Shown here: positions 54,846 through 56,803 of the stretch, one piece after another
Numbering within the stretch: the stretch's first letter is position 1
How the letters are laid out: each line of letters begins with the position of its first letter
From: a virus
Taxonomy: Duplodnaviria; Caudoviricetes
Reading direction: 5' to 3' (one strand)
Length of the DNA: 56,803 nt
Virus record (IMG/VR): IMGVR_UViG_3300030060_002906
Coordinates: 1 to 56,803 of that record
Notes under the pieces: model-generated
The model's input: the letters and a program-made list of their open reading frames with translations, nothing else
The model's database searches: none
Told to the model about the DNA's origin: nothing
Program-made: the position numbers and the translations under genes

Positions 54846-56803
54846 TGGATCAAGAACAATTAGAAATGTTACAAAGTCAGATTGATTCTGGAGAACTTGA
54901 CCCAAGAACTATGGATGCTGAGCAACAAAGTGCTTTGCAAGAGTTAATAAGAAGAGGAGATATAAAAGCACCACCAGGTGGTGTGTCTAGTATGATCGCA
55001 GATAGAGATGTTGGTGAGGCAGGTATCTTACAACAAGCACAAGAAGCTAGTAAGGTTAGTGGTTTACAAACTCCTTTTGGTGAAGTCTTATCGGAAAGAG
55101 CATCATTTGAATTAGTTGGAGATGTTATAGGATCTTTTGCACCTTATCTTACTAATAGAAGAGCATTGGTTAAAGATATTGTAAAAGGAGTAGGTAATGA
55201 GAAATACACAAAGCCAATAGGTAAAGAATCTTTTAGAGCAGGAGCTTTTGCTAATCAAACTGCTAAATTTACAGATACTTTAAAAAATTTAAGTAAACAA
55301 ATAGGTGAAGGTAAAAACAGAAAAACAGTACAAATAGGTAAAGCAGTGTTGAAAGGTAGTGCACCTGGTAGGGCTTTAGCAGGTACTATAGGTTTTTTAG
55401 AAAAGGCTCTTAAAGCAGGGACCAAGATAGCCAGAGGTGAAATAGATGCAGTAAGATCAGGTGACGCAACAAAAAGTTTAATGAGAACTGGTGCTAGAAC
55501 AGAAGCTAAATCTTTAGTATATGGTGCTGTGGGTGCTGGTACAGGTTCTGCAATTTATGATTTAGTAAAATTTAAACAAAATTTAGGATCTAACTTATCT
55601 ATGGACTTGGGGGAACTCACAACAGATGAAATAGATGATTTACCTTTTGCTGGAAGATTAGCTATGCACAGTGCATTAGCTATGAAAAACTCTTTACTGT
55701 TTGGAGCTGTAGGAACTGGCATAGGCATACTTGCTGCTAAAGGATTTAAGGCAGGTAAAAAAACTTTGTTAGGTTTAAACTCTGAGGAGTCTATGAATTT
55801 AGCAAGAAAAGCTTTTGAGGAAGGCACTCCATTATCTCCTACTGCACTTGCAAGTGATGGTATAGGAGGATTTTTATCTAGAAACTTTTTTCAAATATTT
55901 GGTGTAACACCACTTATTGGAGGTAAAGGTACGGAAAAATTAAGAGGTACTGTTCGTGATGTTTTATTTCCTAATGTATTAAGAGTATCTTCTGGACTAG
56001 AGCCAAACACAACTGCTGTAGCTCTTACAGCACAAGGTGCGATTGGTGCTGAGACAATGTTCAAAATGGCTGAAAATTATAAAAATAATAAAGATGTTAT
56101 AGATGTTTTATATAAACAATTACTAATTAAAAATAATGCCTTAGGCAGTCCTTCTTTTATACCAACAACTAATTTTAGAAAAGAACTTGCTAGTATTAGC
56201 AAAGAAGTATTGGGTGAAGATACAAGTCAATTTGGAGCATTTTTAAGAGGTCAAACGGAGACAAAAAATTTAACTAAAGAAATGAAAGATGCAATTGCAA
56301 GTATGATTCCTATAGCAAATGCAGATCAACTATTAACAAAAGATAACTTAAATTTATTTGAGGCGGCACAATACAGAAGATTTTTAACGGAACTACAAAA
56401 CAGAACTATAGGCACAGGTGAAGCAGGTAGAGCTAGAGCAGAACAAATAAGAAGAATATTAGCTGCTATGGATCAAGATATGGCTCTAGCCGAAAATGTA
56501 GCTAGAAATGCTGACTTGCCTCAAACTGCTGAAATGGCTAATTATATTGCTTTGCAAAAAGGTTCTACCGATGAACAAAAAAGAAATATAGCTGGTAATG
56601 CTATAAAATCTTTGTCTGAAAGACTTCATGAGACAAATGATACCTATTTTAAATTAGTAAACGCTTTTGATGGTACAAAAAAAGGATTTGATGCAGATCA
56701 AATATTAGGTGCTGCTTTATTTAATGCAGGCACAGAAGTTACAGCAAAAGATGCTTTTGATAAAATGTTTCAAGCTACTTTTAAACAACACGATCACAAT
56801 GCT
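54845..56803 (+). CDS. 5' part of a large internal virion protein (continues at 100..1569)
   Basis: ATG overlaps the upstream TAA (MDQEQLEML...); 56705 minus 54845 is 620 codons, in frame with position 1; missed by the ORF track. Confidence 0.8.
   Translation, partial: MDQEQLEMLQSQIDSGELDPRTMDAEQQSALQELIRRGDIKAPPGGVSSMIADRDVGEAGILQQAQEASKVSGLQTPFGEVLSERASFELVGDVIGSFAPYLTNRRALVKDIVKGVGNEKYTKPIGKESFRAGAFANQTAKFTDTLKNLSKQIGEGKNRKTVQIGKAVLKGSAPGRALAGTIGFLEKALKAGTKIARGEIDAVRSGDATKSLMRTGARTEAKSLVYGAVGAGTGSAIYDLVKFKQNLGSNLSMDLGELTTDEIDDLPFAGRLAMHSALAMKNSLLFGAVGTGIGILAAKGFKAGKKTLLGLNSEESMNLARKAFEEGTPLSPTALASDGIGGFLSRNFFQIFGVTPLIGGKGTEKLRGTVRDVLFPNVLRVSSGLEPNTTAVALTAQGAIGAETMFKMAENYKNNKDVIDVLYKQLLIKNNALGSPSFIPTTNFRKELASISKEVLGEDTSQFGAFLRGQTETKNLTKEMKDAIASMIPIANADQLLTKDNLNLFEAAQYRRFLTELQNRTIGTGEAGRARAEQIRRILAAMDQDMALAENVARNADLPQTAEMANYIALQKGSTDEQKRNIAGNAIKSLSERLHETNDTYFKLVNAFDGTKKGFDADQILGAALFNAGTEVTAKDAFDKMFQATFKQHDHNA
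56705..56803. repeat. 99-bp direct terminal repeat, right copy
   Basis: Identical to 1-99. Confidence 0.97.

Noticed and set aside
408-55827. Other minus-strand ORFs in the track (e.g. 408, 1913, 34847, 40904, 52643, 55555)
   Set aside because: They overlap + strand genes, have no RBS or motifs, and are typical antisense shadows; only the SNF2 helicase is accepted
56705-56803. 99-bp terminal repeat as a biological DTR
   Set aside because: It falls mid-gene and its length matches a common assembler k-mer; best read as a circular overlap
1-56803. tRNA genes, integrase, RNA polymerase, introns/inteins, stop-codon recoding
   Set aside because: None recognised by eye; polA, terL, portal and MCP are uninterrupted and TAA, TAG and TGA all end genes; a tRNAscan or HMM run could still find something I missed

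Overview
The window is an apparently complete, circularly closed dsDNA phage genome of 56,704 bp; bases 1-99 repeat exactly at 56705-56803, which is most likely an assembly overlap. It is AT-rich and almost entirely + strand. Gene content indicates a podovirus-like tailed phage of the marine type. The capsid, portal and tail block resembles, from my recollection, HMO-2011/HTVC023P-like phages of SAR116/SAR11; the host is inference only. Modules in order: (i) replication, 3.8-12.9 kb: PD-(D/E)XK exonuclease, SNF2 helicase (the only convincing minus-strand gene), SSB-like protein, AEP primase, UvrD helicase, DUF3310, family A polymerase with Leu at the Pol I 762 position; (ii) small middle genes, a PAPS-reductase-like enzyme and an RHH regulator; (iii) terS and a resolvase, then a 3.4-kb island of promoter-led two-gene cassettes separated by GC-rich CCCGTTCCCGTT...GCTGGAAA elements, then terL; (iv) portal, holin, GroES, scaffold, capsid and many Lys/Arg-rich small proteins; (v) tail; (vi) an oxygenase/SET/glycosyltransferase cluster; (vii) ejection proteins, the last running across the contig junction. 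I saw no integrase, RNA polymerase, tRNA or CRISPR array. Best candidates for new biology: the repeat-delimited cassette array; a TATCCGATA operator regulon with a candidate sRNA antisense to the phage's own early Shine-Dalgarno motif; and a shared hydrophobic-x-x-GG tag on about ten putative virion cargo proteins together with a GEFV-domain protein that could process them. All calls were made by eye from motifs; no searches were run.
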